From Botryllus schlosseri (Eukaryota), in assembly GCA_051294905.1 (NCBI GenBank), contig CM119385.1:16120001-16184000 (forward strand): a stretch of DNA of 64,000 bases. Direction: 5' to 3'. The notes under the pieces are model-generated. The model made no database searches. It was not told the origin of the DNA and saw only the letters and a program-made list of their open reading frames with translations. Below are positions 15,101 through 25,793 of the stretch, piece by piece. How positions within the stretch are numbered: position 1 is the first letter of the stretch; the number at the start of each line of letters is the position of its first letter. The translations under genes were made by a program, and so were the position numbers.

Positions 15101-18100
15101 TCATTCATCGGCATATAATATAATCCATAAGCCTTCCGGGTGAAACCGCCAAGTGCAGAAAACCCCCCTTATACAGAGAGCTACTCACCTGCTTTTCCAC
15201 TTGTTTTAATTTATTTTCCGACTGAGTAGATTCCGTGAAATATTGTTGATACGTCTGCATCGATTGGTATAGTTTTCTTAAATCCTTCATTAGGTTATCT
15301 TGGCATCCCAAGTTGATTTCATGAGTCTGTAACAGGGATGGGAGATATAGAGCAAAAGTTGTCACACAAGACTCCACTCCGGTATGCAATCTACTAGGAA
15401 TGTGCAATCAAAGCTCTAAATTTCGGAGTAACACAGGACAAAAATAGGAAGTGATTGGTCACAAAGGGAATGAAGCCCAGTAGGCTACTATAATTTTACA
15501 TTCCATGCTGGGGTAAGGTTATTTTCGTGTCAACAGACACATCACTACTCAATTGAACAACTAACGCTACAGAGTTTGATCACACCACGTTTCAACATCA
15601 TAAGGGAAGACGTGACTTATCAATGACACACAGGACACGGATGGGTTAATGAGAATGAGTGTGTTCCATTTTATAAGGAAATAATAGGACCGTTGAGATT
15701 TTATATGAATTCCATCTGAATGACAATGGACGAATAACCTACTGAAAAACATACTTCACTGACAGATGGATCTAATCTCCGAATCTGGCCCTTGAGGTAA
15801 TAAAACTGCTGGTGATACCAATATGTTCAACTAAAAACAACCCAGATAAGCAGAGCAAATTATCTAAAAATCCACATTTCAACCATGACCAAAATCAGAA
15901 AAACTTGAGTGTGTTAAATGAGTAGATAACATAGCATTATGCTTCAAATACACAATAGGCCTAGAGCAGATACATCACGCTGAACATTTAATCTCAATGT
16001 AAACATTACATGGTTAGAGACCACCATGACAGTTCAAGAAACAAGAACCTTAGAGTATTGTGGCTTTATGAGACCGTTTCTTATACTGTTTGCTCAGAGA
16101 TTGAAGAGCTGAAAGCTGTAAGCCTAGGTTTCAGGGTCACAAACCAGCGGCATACTGGAGATTACATCACTCATTTATGTCCTCAAATTTGATTGAGTTT
16201 TATGGGATCAATTGCTCAAGACACACAATGCCCAATCCGACAGTTTACGATATTTACGACCTTGTGGTTCATGTGAATAAATTGACACATAGCGAAGCAA
16301 AAATGGTTAAGTAAAATCACACCTTAATATGCTAGCCTTACATTCACTACTTCCTGTAGGTAGCCCAATCCGTCATGCCATAAAAATGTGGATTGATCAC
16401 TAAGGGTAGGGGTCAAATTTTATTACGAGAGAGAATCATTTACCCACAACATACTGATCATAGCCTTCCGAAGCACAAGTCATCGATAACATGTGAGGAA
16501 GAAAAAATGAAGTTAATGAGGTGCAGTTTGACACGAAAATTAGGAATAATATCACTGGCGTTGCAAAGCCATCAACGCCTCATAGCTATCAGGCGACATA
16601 CTAGCTATAATTGCTAGTGTAAAACGTTGCAAAGCCATTAAATAGGCTTGCCCCGGTTGTATTAAAGAAAGGTATTCTGTTCAACTCTATTATTAACAAA
16701 CAAAGCATGACAAGTGACAATAGTATCAAGTTATAAAATTGTCAGTGATCAGCAAATTGAGGTAGGAAAATAAACCACAAGAGCTGCACTATAAACAACA
16801 TGGCCCACAGTCAGCCACCAGTAATAGAGACTTTTGCTTACACCTACCAAATCCCCTAGAAAAACACTTATAAGGGACTGTCTTTGCACCAGAGCCCCTG
16901 ATCCACTAGAATGAGAGATGAGAGCATTCAACAACAAAGTCGGACTAATCTTTGTAGGAGAGCATAAAGAAAATAATTCAACAACAAGTATGATCATCAC
17001 ACGAGGTCTAAGACAGGGGCGCTGCTGTTCCTGCATGAAGGGGAGATAGCGTAGTGGTGAGCGTCGGCGCCATCCAAGCAGGCGGCCCATGTTCAATTTT
17101 TACTGTCTGAGGTTATTCTGGGCTCCTCGTCCCCAGTGACGCTGTTCTTACGGCGACAAAAAAGCCCAGAAAAGAGGACCCCATAAAGAAAGAAAAAGAG
17201 AAGGAAATAGCTTCTAAAAAGGACCGACGAAGAAAGAATAACATCGAAGAAGACTGTGACATCGGGCACTACGTCAAGGCGGATGCCAGTTCAAGAGACC
17301 TCAACTGGTTACATTGCAGTGTCTTCTATATCACATTGTGTATGTGTGTCTTGGGCAGATGAAAACATAATCCGACCATTGTTTGATTGATTGAGTTTGC
17401 CTTTCTATATTCCGAAATTCACGATCGTACAGTAGCTACAGTACATTTAAATTCAGGGCAAGCGATGGGATGATAACCAGCACCAGTTAACGAAACTTCA
17501 TACCCTTTTGTGAAGGCGTACGATGTCCTCCGATATCAGTTGCAGATGGGGGATAAGATGAGTGAGGTAAATGGTTGATAGAACGGTGTGGTCCTTGCCC
17601 CCGCGCTGGCAATGTTCAAGCAGCTGAAACCAACATTTAACTGGCGATTGAAGTTCCAAATCAGGCTGTTCCTTCCTGTAGAGGCAATGGACTGAGTATG
17701 GAAACGTGCCAAGTATGGTAAAAAATGTGTTGTTCTCAATATCTTTCGGATATGAATATGAAACCATTTTCTCTACTTCCTGTTCATTGAAATGTTGATT
17801 GAAAATATTGATTAGGCTACTGAAATGTCAACGTGCCTGCATGAAATTAACAGTGCTGTAGGAATATCAAGTTCAAGAGACTTGCTTCCTTGCGACTTCA
17901 ATCTCGGTAAATAAGATGACCGATTGTCCGATACCATTTTTAATGCAGATAGTCACTTTGACAATCGAAATGTGAACATCAGAGACTAGCACTTCCTCTA
18001 AAAGCGAAAATGATAGCGAATAATCTCAAATTTGTAACAGCATGACAGCACAAAAACGCATAGGCCTATCCAACCGCAGAAACAAGACAGGATATCAAGT

Positions 18101-21100
18101 TAGGAAAATTTCATTTGCGTATTCTTCTTGCTAGAATTCTTGTAATATATGACTATAGCATAGATTATACGATGGACTCATAGTATTGGTTCAATGCTAT
18201 AAAAAAAGTAGAAAACTGCAGTTACTGCAGCGGGTTCCAACAAATTTTAATGTGTTTTGAATCAAATCCGAAATGAAGTAATCCTAACCGGCTTGAGCAG
18301 TCCATCGAATTCAATATCAGGTTTTCAGCAAGTAAAACACTGTCAATGACTCACTACATTAAGGACAATCGTCAACCTTTTACGAGCTGTCGACAGCCAG
18401 ATCGTTCTCAAGATTGATCCGGCCATTGATGAATTATTGCCGGCTAGTAGGACTGGATGCAATGCAAAATGTCTCAGCGACGTATTACATGGGCCTATTG
18501 AAGAAAACAGGCACTACAGAGGCATTCACGTAACATCCTTTCAATTCTTCGAATTATCAACGAAAGGGGCATTTAGGCAGGATAGCCGACAAAAATGGCT
18601 AGGGTACCAAATTCAGACATGAAACTTTGTTACGCTAAGCTAGTCTGGTGAACACATGAAAACACTGGACATGGACAAACACTCTTTCAAAGCATGAAAG
18701 AAGGTAAACCATGAATAAATATCTATTCACAAACTGTATACAGAATGACAGTTACCCACACACTGAACTGGGCAAGCTGGCATACAGTTATGATAATTTC
18801 CAATGCACTATCAACGTATCAAGTATGAATCAGTGTAAGTTAAAGACATCACTGAGCACGAGCAATGAGCCTGACTGTTGCGGGTGTTGGTGGTCTTGAT
18901 CATCACTTATGACTTACTTCATGGCGTACAAGTTCCGTTGTTTGTATAAATATTTTTCCGCGAGAACTTCCATTTTCTTTGCATATTCGCCGTCGATTTC
19001 GGCTTTCCGCCGTAAGAAATCCTGCACATCGCTCAGCAGCGCCACACGCGATTCTGTGTGTTGATCGAGGCATTTGATCTGTTCGTTGAGCTGATTTCGG
19101 ATTTCTGAAAATTGATAAAAGGTTACACTGTGCCGACACAAAAACAGCCATCAAATGTACTGCCTGCAATATTAACAAGGTTTGTGAGAAATACAAAATG
19201 TACCCTACCTCTACCTTCATTTTCAATAGGGATAAGCGTGACAAGCTATAGGGCATGGACTGACAAAATTTTAATTGATCTTGAATTCTAATGCCAGCAA
19301 ATTCAAGTCGGCATCAAATAGTCTACTAACGGAGGACCACAGGTGAATTTAAGTAAGAAAATAGAAATTTGGCTGTTCGAACTTCAGATCACTTTCGTGC
19401 TAGACGAAGATTAAATATCGTTAGAGTTAATAAAGTAATACTGTATATTGGAATTCGGAACAATCGGCCTAGCAAAAATATATTTATATGGTACATCTTT
19501 TCTGCCTTTCGAACTCGCACAATATAACTCCAAATTCAACTCCCAATTAACGTCAGTACCTCATTGGAATGTCCGGTGATGACCAGGTAGGCCTAAGCAC
19601 AGGACTGTCAAAGTAGAGTCAATGAGTGTATCAAATTACTGAGTTAAATGTATCAATCCTCTCTGTGGGGTATCATTCATATAATTGGCTGATAAGGAAT
19701 AGCAGATCAAAGAAAAGCCCTCACGTGTTTGTAACTTGAGCTACTACCCAGTAATAATATATTTGGAAACATATGGTGTAATTTTGAGAATATATTTCCC
19801 CATTGCACGGATGAATAATAGTATACTAACCTCATACAAGGTAAGTGAGTCTGCCCTACAAAGCACGCCTACTTCACTAGACTTGGTAGAAATTGTATAT
19901 GTAGCCTACTACCAAAAACCCAGGACAATTAAGTTTCTTAAGTATCGAAATTTTTTAGAAACCTGAAAATTACCCGTTACGGTTGTAGCTAAAGCAAGAG
20001 CAATGCATTATAGCAAATAGCATATCCATCTTTTAATGAATGTGATTATTTGTGAAAATAATGCTTAGCAAAGCTGGTAAACAGTCAGTACAAGGCGTGT
20101 GGCAAGGCGACTTGTGATAATTTTGTCCAGACTAGTGATCCAAGGATTTGATTCAGTTCAAAATTTATAAAGGTATACGATTGAAGGTATGCACTACGGG
20201 ATGAATTTCGCCACGAAATTCCACAGTACTGTGGCTTTTCGAGAGAACCAAGAAACCTCAGATGTGTAACGAGGCATTAAAGCGATGATATCTCCCAGGG
20301 ATGAAGTAACAAGTTCCACATAGTTGCCACCAATTACGTAGAATCAATGTCTCGTGGACTTATCTTCACATCAGCACTTTTACAACATAGGTAGGCCTAG
20401 TGACTGTTGTTGAGTATGTGCAAGGAATGTGCCCTCGAGGCATTAAATTTGAACCTTACAGTAACTGTTGGAGTGGTGATGCATAACTTGAAGAGTGCAA
20501 CACTGCCAACCAGACAACATGTCTGGATATTTATGAAAACTTATCTTAAAGACATTTTGGACTCTAGAATGTTGTATGTCAACGTAACAGCAAGAAGTTT
20601 CACTTGTAAGTATATTGTTACTATTAAATACAAAAGCACACAGAATCACAGCCAAACAGAATATCCTGAAAATTTGGAACTAATAGAAAATGGCAGGCCT
20701 AATAATTTTCAGTGGTGACACAACTTATATCATTTGACATACAGTAGCCTCCGATAGTGTCTTAACTCTTAACGTGTAACTTCAAGAATAATGAAGCAGG
20801 CAAGCAGTGGGTTTGAGAGAATCAAATGCATTGTTAACAAATTCAACGAAATAAGGCCTACATATGGCAATGGCATGGTCTAATCACTTCAAAGCAATCT
20901 GTCTAACTGCAGAGAGAGAGGGTGTCAAGATCACACTTGTGACATAGTAAGTAGGCATCAGTGAAAGACAATGATTTTTACGCAGATGTGCTGAAGCAAT
21001 GAAATTAACAGTAAGAACCTGAGTAGGCTAACAAATTGTCACCTAAATTCCACTGAAAGCTTCATTTTGAACAAAATAATGCCAGATGTACCACAGCATA

Positions 21101-21250
21101 AATCAGATCGAACAGTCCCATGTGAAATAAAACGGAAATAAATTGATTAGATGCACTCCTGCCAGACAAACTAGCAAAGCACTTTATCGATTACATACCT
21201 TTTATCCTAATGTCACACTCGACAAGCGGAGGTCTCTCTTTCCTCGACAT
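22..21250 (-). CDS. SRGAP: SLIT-ROBO Rho GTPase-activating protein (srGAP family; F-BAR + RhoGAP), spliced, 3' end beyond left edge of window
   Basis: 16 GT-AG exons join in frame (2076 nt, 692 codons): 21199-21250, 18918-19104, 17504-17675, 15189-15326, 14300-14398, 14101-14229, 11562-11710, 10901-11078, 10319-10531, 10106-10190, 8803-8842, 7569-7689, 4291-4395, 3307-3475, 1032-1137, 22-154. Motifs recalled from vertebrate srGAP1-3: EIRNQLNEQIKCLDQ, KYSENKLKSIKARNEYL, IPPVVESCIRVINLYGMHHQGIFRVPGS (Arg finger), ENMMDAYNLAVCFGPTL. The specific paralogue cannot be assigned. Confidence 0.95.
1032..1137 (-). CDS. SRGAP: srGAP exon, RhoGAP
   Basis: IQDSEKRVESIRRTLLNIPESVLVVMRYLFAFLNH; cag/gtaagt. 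Confidence 0.96.
2057..2966 (+). mobile_element. Decayed hAT-type DNA transposon (internally deleted)
   Basis: Left end cagggcgattttttt, degenerate right end aaaaaaattgcccca; flanks (c/g)ttataat; repeated gtcaaaa(a)tt subterminal motifs at both ends. Confidence 0.55.
2371..2586 (+). pseudogene. Relic of hAT transposase C-terminal dimerisation region
   Basis: SPAVYAQLQCGQPTAAVERSICILGKL resembles the hAT ...PxTS(A/C)xxERSFSxxxxL motif; lies inside the 2057-2966 element. Confidence 0.45.
3307..3475 (-). CDS. SRGAP: srGAP exon, RhoGAP
   Basis: DITEMKTQFDRGEDP...DINSVAGLLKLYFRQL; cag/gtaagt. Confidence 0.96.
4291..4395 (-). CDS. SRGAP: srGAP exon, RhoGAP with arginine finger
   Basis: DTGCSIPPVVESCIRVINLYGMHHQGIFRVPGSHQ; not in supplied ORF track. 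Confidence 0.96.
7569..7689 (-). CDS. SRGAP: srGAP exon preceding RhoGAP
   Basis: TIKFQQSKKGTIGKRSSRMSMVVRTTVKSHFASNMEQYIK (cf. LFNGSMEAFIK). Confidence 0.85.
8803..8842 (-). CDS. SRGAP: srGAP 40-nt linker mini-exon
   Basis: (G)ATTDLEGANTIS(S); ttatttcag acceptor and gtact donor; its 1/2 phases bridge exons 10106-10190 and 7569-7689. Confidence 0.7.
10106..10190 (-). CDS. SRGAP: srGAP exon
   Basis: KFKEFLEKSSQLKKLQVKKKLLQQALEE (cf. KxxEYLxGxNLITKLQAKHDLL); cag/gtaac. Confidence 0.9.
10319..10531 (-). CDS. SRGAP: srGAP exon
   Basis: LKKTLSATTEGIQKQ...KIEDNEDFYIQ; tag/gtttgg, phase 0/0. Confidence 0.9.
10901..11078 (-). CDS. SRGAP: srGAP exon, F-BAR extension
   Basis: FLENNHNQFSIPPEFVFSPHDGDQVSQV...DDDE (cf. 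vertebrate FCPPxKFEFQPHMGDxVxQ); not in supplied ORF track. Confidence 0.92.
11562..11710 (-). CDS. SRGAP: srGAP exon, F-BAR
   Basis: AKSLGYHESLNRTWKAYDDME...ELDRKADQS; phase 0/2. Confidence 0.92.
14101..14229 (-). CDS. SRGAP: srGAP exon, F-BAR
   Basis: RSQKYSENKLKSIKARNEYLMQLEATNATIDKYYTADIAGILN; cag/gtgagt. Confidence 0.95.
14300..14398 (-). CDS. SRGAP: srGAP exon
   Basis: FEKRADKGGESPNMDPKAKRSSSFKKLDKLREK; cag/gtaagc, phase 0/0. Confidence 0.88.
15189..15326 (-). CDS. SRGAP: srGAP exon, F-BAR
   Basis: THEINLGCQDNLMKDLRKLYQSMQTYQQYFTESTQSENKLKQVEKQ; cag/gtgagt. Confidence 0.92.
16918..17040 (+). mobile_element. Degenerate non-LTR retrotransposon reverse-transcriptase fragment
   Basis: Frame reads ...SMIITRGLRQGRCCS, like the LINE RT motif GLRQGC(C/P)LSP; stops upstream; abuts a SINE head. 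Confidence 0.4.
17041..17190 (+). mobile_element. Old, diverged copy of tRNA-derived SINE
   Basis: A-box gagatagcgtagtgg, B-box-like atgttcaatt, and gaggttattctgggctcctc matching the body of the copies at 27607 and 63251. Confidence 0.5.
17504..17675 (-). CDS. SRGAP: srGAP exon, F-BAR
   Basis: KEQPDLELQSPVKCWFQLLEH...ISEDIVRLHKR; phases 2/0 fit neighbours. Confidence 0.93.
18918..19104 (-). CDS. SRGAP: srGAP exon, F-BAR start
   Basis: IRNQLNEQIKCLDQHTESRVALLSDVQDFLRRKAEIDGEYAKKMEVLAEKY; ttttcag acceptor, gtaagt donor. Confidence 0.95.
21199..21250 (-). CDS. SRGAP: srGAP first coding exon (MSRKERPPLVECDIRIK-E)
   Basis: ATG plus 17 codons and a phase-1 GTATGT donor, joining the phase-1 acceptor at 19104. 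VECDIRIKE|IRNQL parallels vertebrate AEY(D/E)xQ(V/I)KE|IRAQL. Confidence 0.8.
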
Positions 21251-21345
21251 GATTGCGTCTCACCGTGGAATATCCCAATAACGTCGCACCTCAAGACCAG
21301 GATGTACTAAATCTAAGAGCTACACTCATATCTAAGTTTATGCGT

Positions 21346-21363
21346 CTGATGCGAAAAGTAACA
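21346..21363 (-). promoter_or_regulatory. Candidate 3' splice acceptor (cis or SL-trans) upstream of srGAP ATG
   Basis: Minus strand reads tgttacttttcgcatcag, 95 nt before the ATG. An alternative AG lies at 21313-21315 (gctcttag). Using 21346 would include a 12-codon uORF (21329-21291). Confidence 0.4.
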
Positions 21364-21591
21364 GTTGATTCTACCACATAATATCAGAGCACACATATTT
21401 TGCGATACAATGAAACGTGGTACGGGTGAGGACAGAGCACCGAATCATGAAAAGCAATTACCGCAATTATATAAAGCTAGTATTGTAGCTGCGCCAAGTG
21501 CATTACTGAGTATTTTCTAATATAATATTGAAATTTCGCATCACATCAATTTAACAAATAGCTACCCTACTCATGAAGCAACACAGCATCA

Positions 21592-22629
21592 TTAAAATGA
21601 CGCGGCAAATTTTTCGCCTTTTGCGATTGATTTTTCAAGTTCCGGGATGCAGTTGTCGACCAGCTGCTTCTCGTAATCAGACAACTCCCCGAGTCCGAGA
21701 TTCTTTTCGACGCCTTCGGGTCCCAAAAGCAGCTGCGTCGAGAAGTACGGCACGGACGCGACGTCAGATCTCACAAACGCGCATTCGACGACACCTTCCT
21801 TTCCAGCCAAAGCGTCGAGGAGAGAATTGGCAAACCTTGCCCCGGCATACGCCATGGACAGTGTCGCGGACCCGGCGCCGTCCTTGGCCTTCACAACCTC
21901 GGTGCCGGCATCCTGTATTCTCTCGGTCATGGCTTTCAGTTCGTCACCCTCGAATGAGACTTTAGGACTGCAACGCGAGATGACAGGGATAATCGTAATA
22001 CCCGCGTGCCCGCCAATTACTGGAACATTAATAGTAGAGACATTCAACCCCCTTGCCTCTGCGATGAACGCATTGGCACGGACAATGTCCAAAGATGTAA
22101 TCCCGAAAATTCGGTTCGGATTATAAACGCCGGCCTTTTTATAGATTTCCGACGCGATAGGCACGGTAGAGTTAACTGGATTGGAGATAATTCCCAAGAA
22201 AGCGCTAGGGCAGTGCGTAGCGCACGCCTTTGAAAGACCTGCCACAATGCTAGCATTGGTGTTGAACAAGTCATCGCGGGTCATGCCTGGTTTTCTCGGT
22301 ACCCCGGCAGGCATGATAACAATATCGGCTCCTTTCAGACAATCAGCAATCTCGTCTTCACCCATGTGCCCGGTCACTTTGGCTGGGGTGTCGATATGGC
22401 TCAGATCGGCAGCGACCCCCGGGGTGTGCATGATATCATACAAAGCCAGCTCGGTTACGCCTGGGTTTTGCTTCAAAAGCAGCGACAAGGGCTGTCCTAT
22501 TCCACCAGAAGCTCCGAGTACAGCCACTTTTTTGTTGTTAGTTGCTGACAGGGATAGGCATCTCGAAGACTGTGCTAGACTCTTGGCAACAGTTTGTTTG
22601 GATATGCGGCACAAAGCTTTGAAAAACAT
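21592..22629 (-). CDS. MDH2: Malate dehydrogenase, mitochondrial (single-exon CDS, 345 aa)
   Basis: Uninterrupted ORF with [10 protein letters not shown] (NAD-binding), [38 protein letters not shown] (catalytic His) and [10 protein letters not shown]. The N-terminus is basic/hydroxylated and acid-free, typical of a mitochondrial presequence. Confidence 0.98.
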   Translation of the reverse strand: MFFKALCRISKQTVAKSLAQSSRCLSLSATNNKKVAVLGASGGIGQPLSLLLKQNPGVTELALYDIMHTPGVAADLSHIDTPAKVTGHMGEDEIADCLKGADIVIMPAGVPRKPGMTRDDLFNTNASIVAGLSKACATHCPSAFLGIISNPVNSTVPIASEIYKKAGVYNPNRIFGITSLDIVRANAFIAEARGLNVSTINVPVIGGHAGITIIPVISRCSPKVSFEGDELKAMTERIQDAGTEVVKAKDGAGSATLSMAYAGARFANSLLDALAGKEGVVECAFVRSDVASVPYFSTQLLLGPEGVEKNLGLGELSDYEKQLVDNCIPELEKSIAKGEKFAASF

Positions 22630-22630
22630 G

Positions 22631-22645
22631 CTGACAAATAGTTGT
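22631..22645 (-). promoter_or_regulatory. 3' splice acceptor one base upstream of MDH2 ATG
   Basis: Minus strand reads acaactatttgtcag|C ATG, preceded by a very AT-rich stretch (about 22660-22810). Confidence 0.55.
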
Positions 22646-25600
22646 TATGTCGATAGGAACTAGAAACTAAATCAATTATATCTGTGAAAAAGTAACAATG
22701 TTACGGTTACGCTTCAAAATATATTTATTATTATAAATACCATGTCACAAACTTTAATTGTCTTGTTGAGCATGAATAGACAACTATTAAATTGCTCAAT
22801 TTGTTATTATTGCTTAGTCACTGCTGTGATAACAATCCATTTACGCTCACAGGGCGTGAAATGTGTGTCTAACAAGGGCAGATAAGCTGTGACACCTTAG
22901 ATGGCGCTAGGACAAATACCAGAACTGCTCTGGTCGTCAACAACACACCTGGGTAAGGAAATGATATTATGAACGCCTACTGTATACCATCTGCTGCAAA
23001 CTGATCAGTAACATAAATATATCAGGGTTGAAATAAGAATCAACGACTTCAATAATATTTCGTCTTTGAATTGAATTGGAAATTCTGGACAGTGTTGCTG
23101 GTACAGCTGATACAGCTTTATATCCACAGGGCCTTGCCTATGTTATGTAACATTGTCTAAGTCTATACCTTTTGGATCATTGTGAGATGTACTCCATGTA
23201 TTTTGGACCACATCATGCTTTGAAAACATGCAAAACTGACTGCGACGCAATGATAAATAACAGGAAAGCATGAAAACTAGTATATTATGCGCATTGTACA
23301 CAATGCTCTCAAAGCTAGGAGGTTTGATTTTGAGATAAGTCAAGAAAAAATTTATCAATTCAGACAGGCCGGAAGTCAAGACTGTATAATCTGAATAGTA
23401 GCCTATATAAAGGATGTACTACAACAATAACAACATGAGATAAATAATTCATGAAGGTTGCAATGATGTTATCCAATAAATTCAAGTCCTCAAGGGAAGG
23501 AATACACCAACTTCTGCAAAAGCAATGCATTACCTGCTATCGATATATGCAAAAACAAAATTCCGAAATTGGAGACTAGGAAAGTCGTGCTAGAACAACG
23601 CACAAGTGCCACTTCATTCTATGGGATAAGGTCAGCAGGAAAGAAGTACACACATAAGCAAATCAAGTCGATACCAGACAAAAATCAAGAGGTTTTCGTA
23701 GCGCAATTCAGAATTATAGATGAGATCAAGATTGAATAAAAGCACGTTTGTTATCACAAAATGTATCCAAGTTTTGGTATTATTAAAATTGTGCTTTTTG
23801 TTGACGATACAGCCCCTTGGAACATTAGCATTGCCAAGAAGGCAACATTTCGTCCTCAAATCAATAGATCATCAAATTATTCAAAGTGATGGCAGCATGA
23901 AGAAAGAGTTCATATTTGTCTACACCATTAACCGCAAGGTTATCACGGTGATATAATTCACTGAAACTGCCAGATACATCCCTCATTTATCGGAGGCAAT
24001 GTGTCCCTTACAAAAACACCCTTTAACTCAAAGTGAAGACGGATTGACTATGCCTGCAATACCACAAAGAAACGTATTTCTTTTCACAGCTAGCATAGTT
24101 ATACATATCATTATCTCAAAATTTGTACTAGAGTTCAACTTTTATACACAAGCAGGACATAATAACACATATTGAGAAAATTGTGGTGATCTTGACATCC
24201 GAGACACTACAGATTCAACCAACGCTAAACAATATCAGTTTTAAAAAATGCTATTTCACCATGGAAATGATTGGCTGTTTTGTAGGCCCACTCTTGTCTG
24301 TACCTGGGATTCGGACATTGAAACTCCTGGGACGGAAGTATGCTTATTGCTGCCGATAATCACAAAATATCGTTTTCAATTATCAAGGTACGGGTATCAT
24401 GCAAAGTCATATAGTATAATGGCAAACTTCAACATGCATTATCATACCTTAATCTTATGCTACACAGTGAGGATAAATACACAAGACAAGAAATTATACA
24501 AGTTAACCATTCACAGAGTGAGACACATTGGGTCATTTTATTGTTTGCTCAACTATGACACACAGGTTTTCTATGCCAATTTATATTGAAGATAGCCGTA
24601 TTCTGTGATCCCGTCAAGATAAGCGGTCAAAGGTCAGATATATACCGTACGGCTACAAAAGGATGGTTGCAAGAGTACACAAGAGTACATAACTTCTAAA
24701 AAGAGGAGTAAAAGGAAACGCTAGACCAGATTCACTCAATAATACACATGATTCAGATTGACGAGTCTGAGACGAGTTGAAATAGACCTGGTTCATTATC
24801 TTATATATAACAGAATCAAATTTAATTGAAACACTAATTTTTTAATCATGATTTATGGTACTTGGACATATGGCTACCTATTTGTCTCGCTTCATTAATG
24901 CGTGTCCTGTTTTGTCAGGCGGAATCAAGGTATACATATTCTGCAATTAATTGCGCGTGATGGAAATATTACTCACTTGACAGATACGATCTTGCAGCGT
25001 GACCAACTAAAGCCATGCCATCTTTTATTTCCCAACATCAAATCAATCTCAAGATACTAACAGGGAACTTTCTAGGGCTTCAGTTACCGGTATATAGAAT
25101 GCAAGTCAACCCAACCCAATGTACCGGTACGGTACCAATGGCTACACCAGCAGGCAGCAGAAAGAAATCGAGTTATAAGATGTCAGAGTGGAATCGGTGG
25201 CGACATCACACGCAATGTGCCTTCATTTCAGAGAGAGAGAGAATTATCCATTTGGTTCTACAAAGATGTATACAAAAGAAAGCAAAGTGTATATACTCAT
25301 GCACAACCTGGCTGAAGCCTGTATACCCCTAGAGAATTTCGGTTCCTGCGTGATGAGAGCTTCTCTGAATAGAATAATTAGGTAATTAAACAGAAAGTTC
25401 TAGGAGACGTTGCCACCAATTCCACTCTGGCCTGTATAGGTAGCGAAGGAATCGGTAAACTATAGCCTGAATGCAAAATTCTTGCATCACAGAATGCAGT
25501 AATACTTACATTGGCCTAACATGAACAATGAACATACATCATTGCATCACTCACAGCGAGTAATCCTTCTGTCAACTGCCATGCTGAATTTATAGTTAGA

Positions 25601-25773
25601 CGGGTACGGACTAGATGGGGAGAATGGAAAAATTAGGGACAACGTTCATGTATTTCACATCTTGATAGAAGGCTATACGGTGTTGCTCTTCAACTCCACA
25701 AAATTTTCTGGACGCCTGCGTAAGCAATACGAGCTCACATTACGCTATACGCTGGTTATTTCATGCATTTTTT

Positions 25774-25793
25774 ATCATCATCATCATCATCAT
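25774..25793. repeat. (ATC)n microsatellite
   Basis: atcatcatcatcatcatcat. Confidence 0.9.

Noticed and set aside
17140-17370. Lys/Glu-rich plus-strand reading frame
   Set aside because: Overlaps the purine-rich tail of the old SINE; no start, no splice partners and no homology.
21573-22663. Overlapping ORFs (21573-21965, 21827-22126, 22006-22233, 22181-22663, 22366-22548 on +; 22044-22274 on -)
   Set aside because: Antisense or alternative-frame shadows of the GC-richer MDH2 CDS with no recognisable motifs.
22901-22952. Plus-strand first exon MALGQIPELLWSSTTHL with GTAAGG donor
   Set aside because: No downstream plus-strand exons or recognisable product found.
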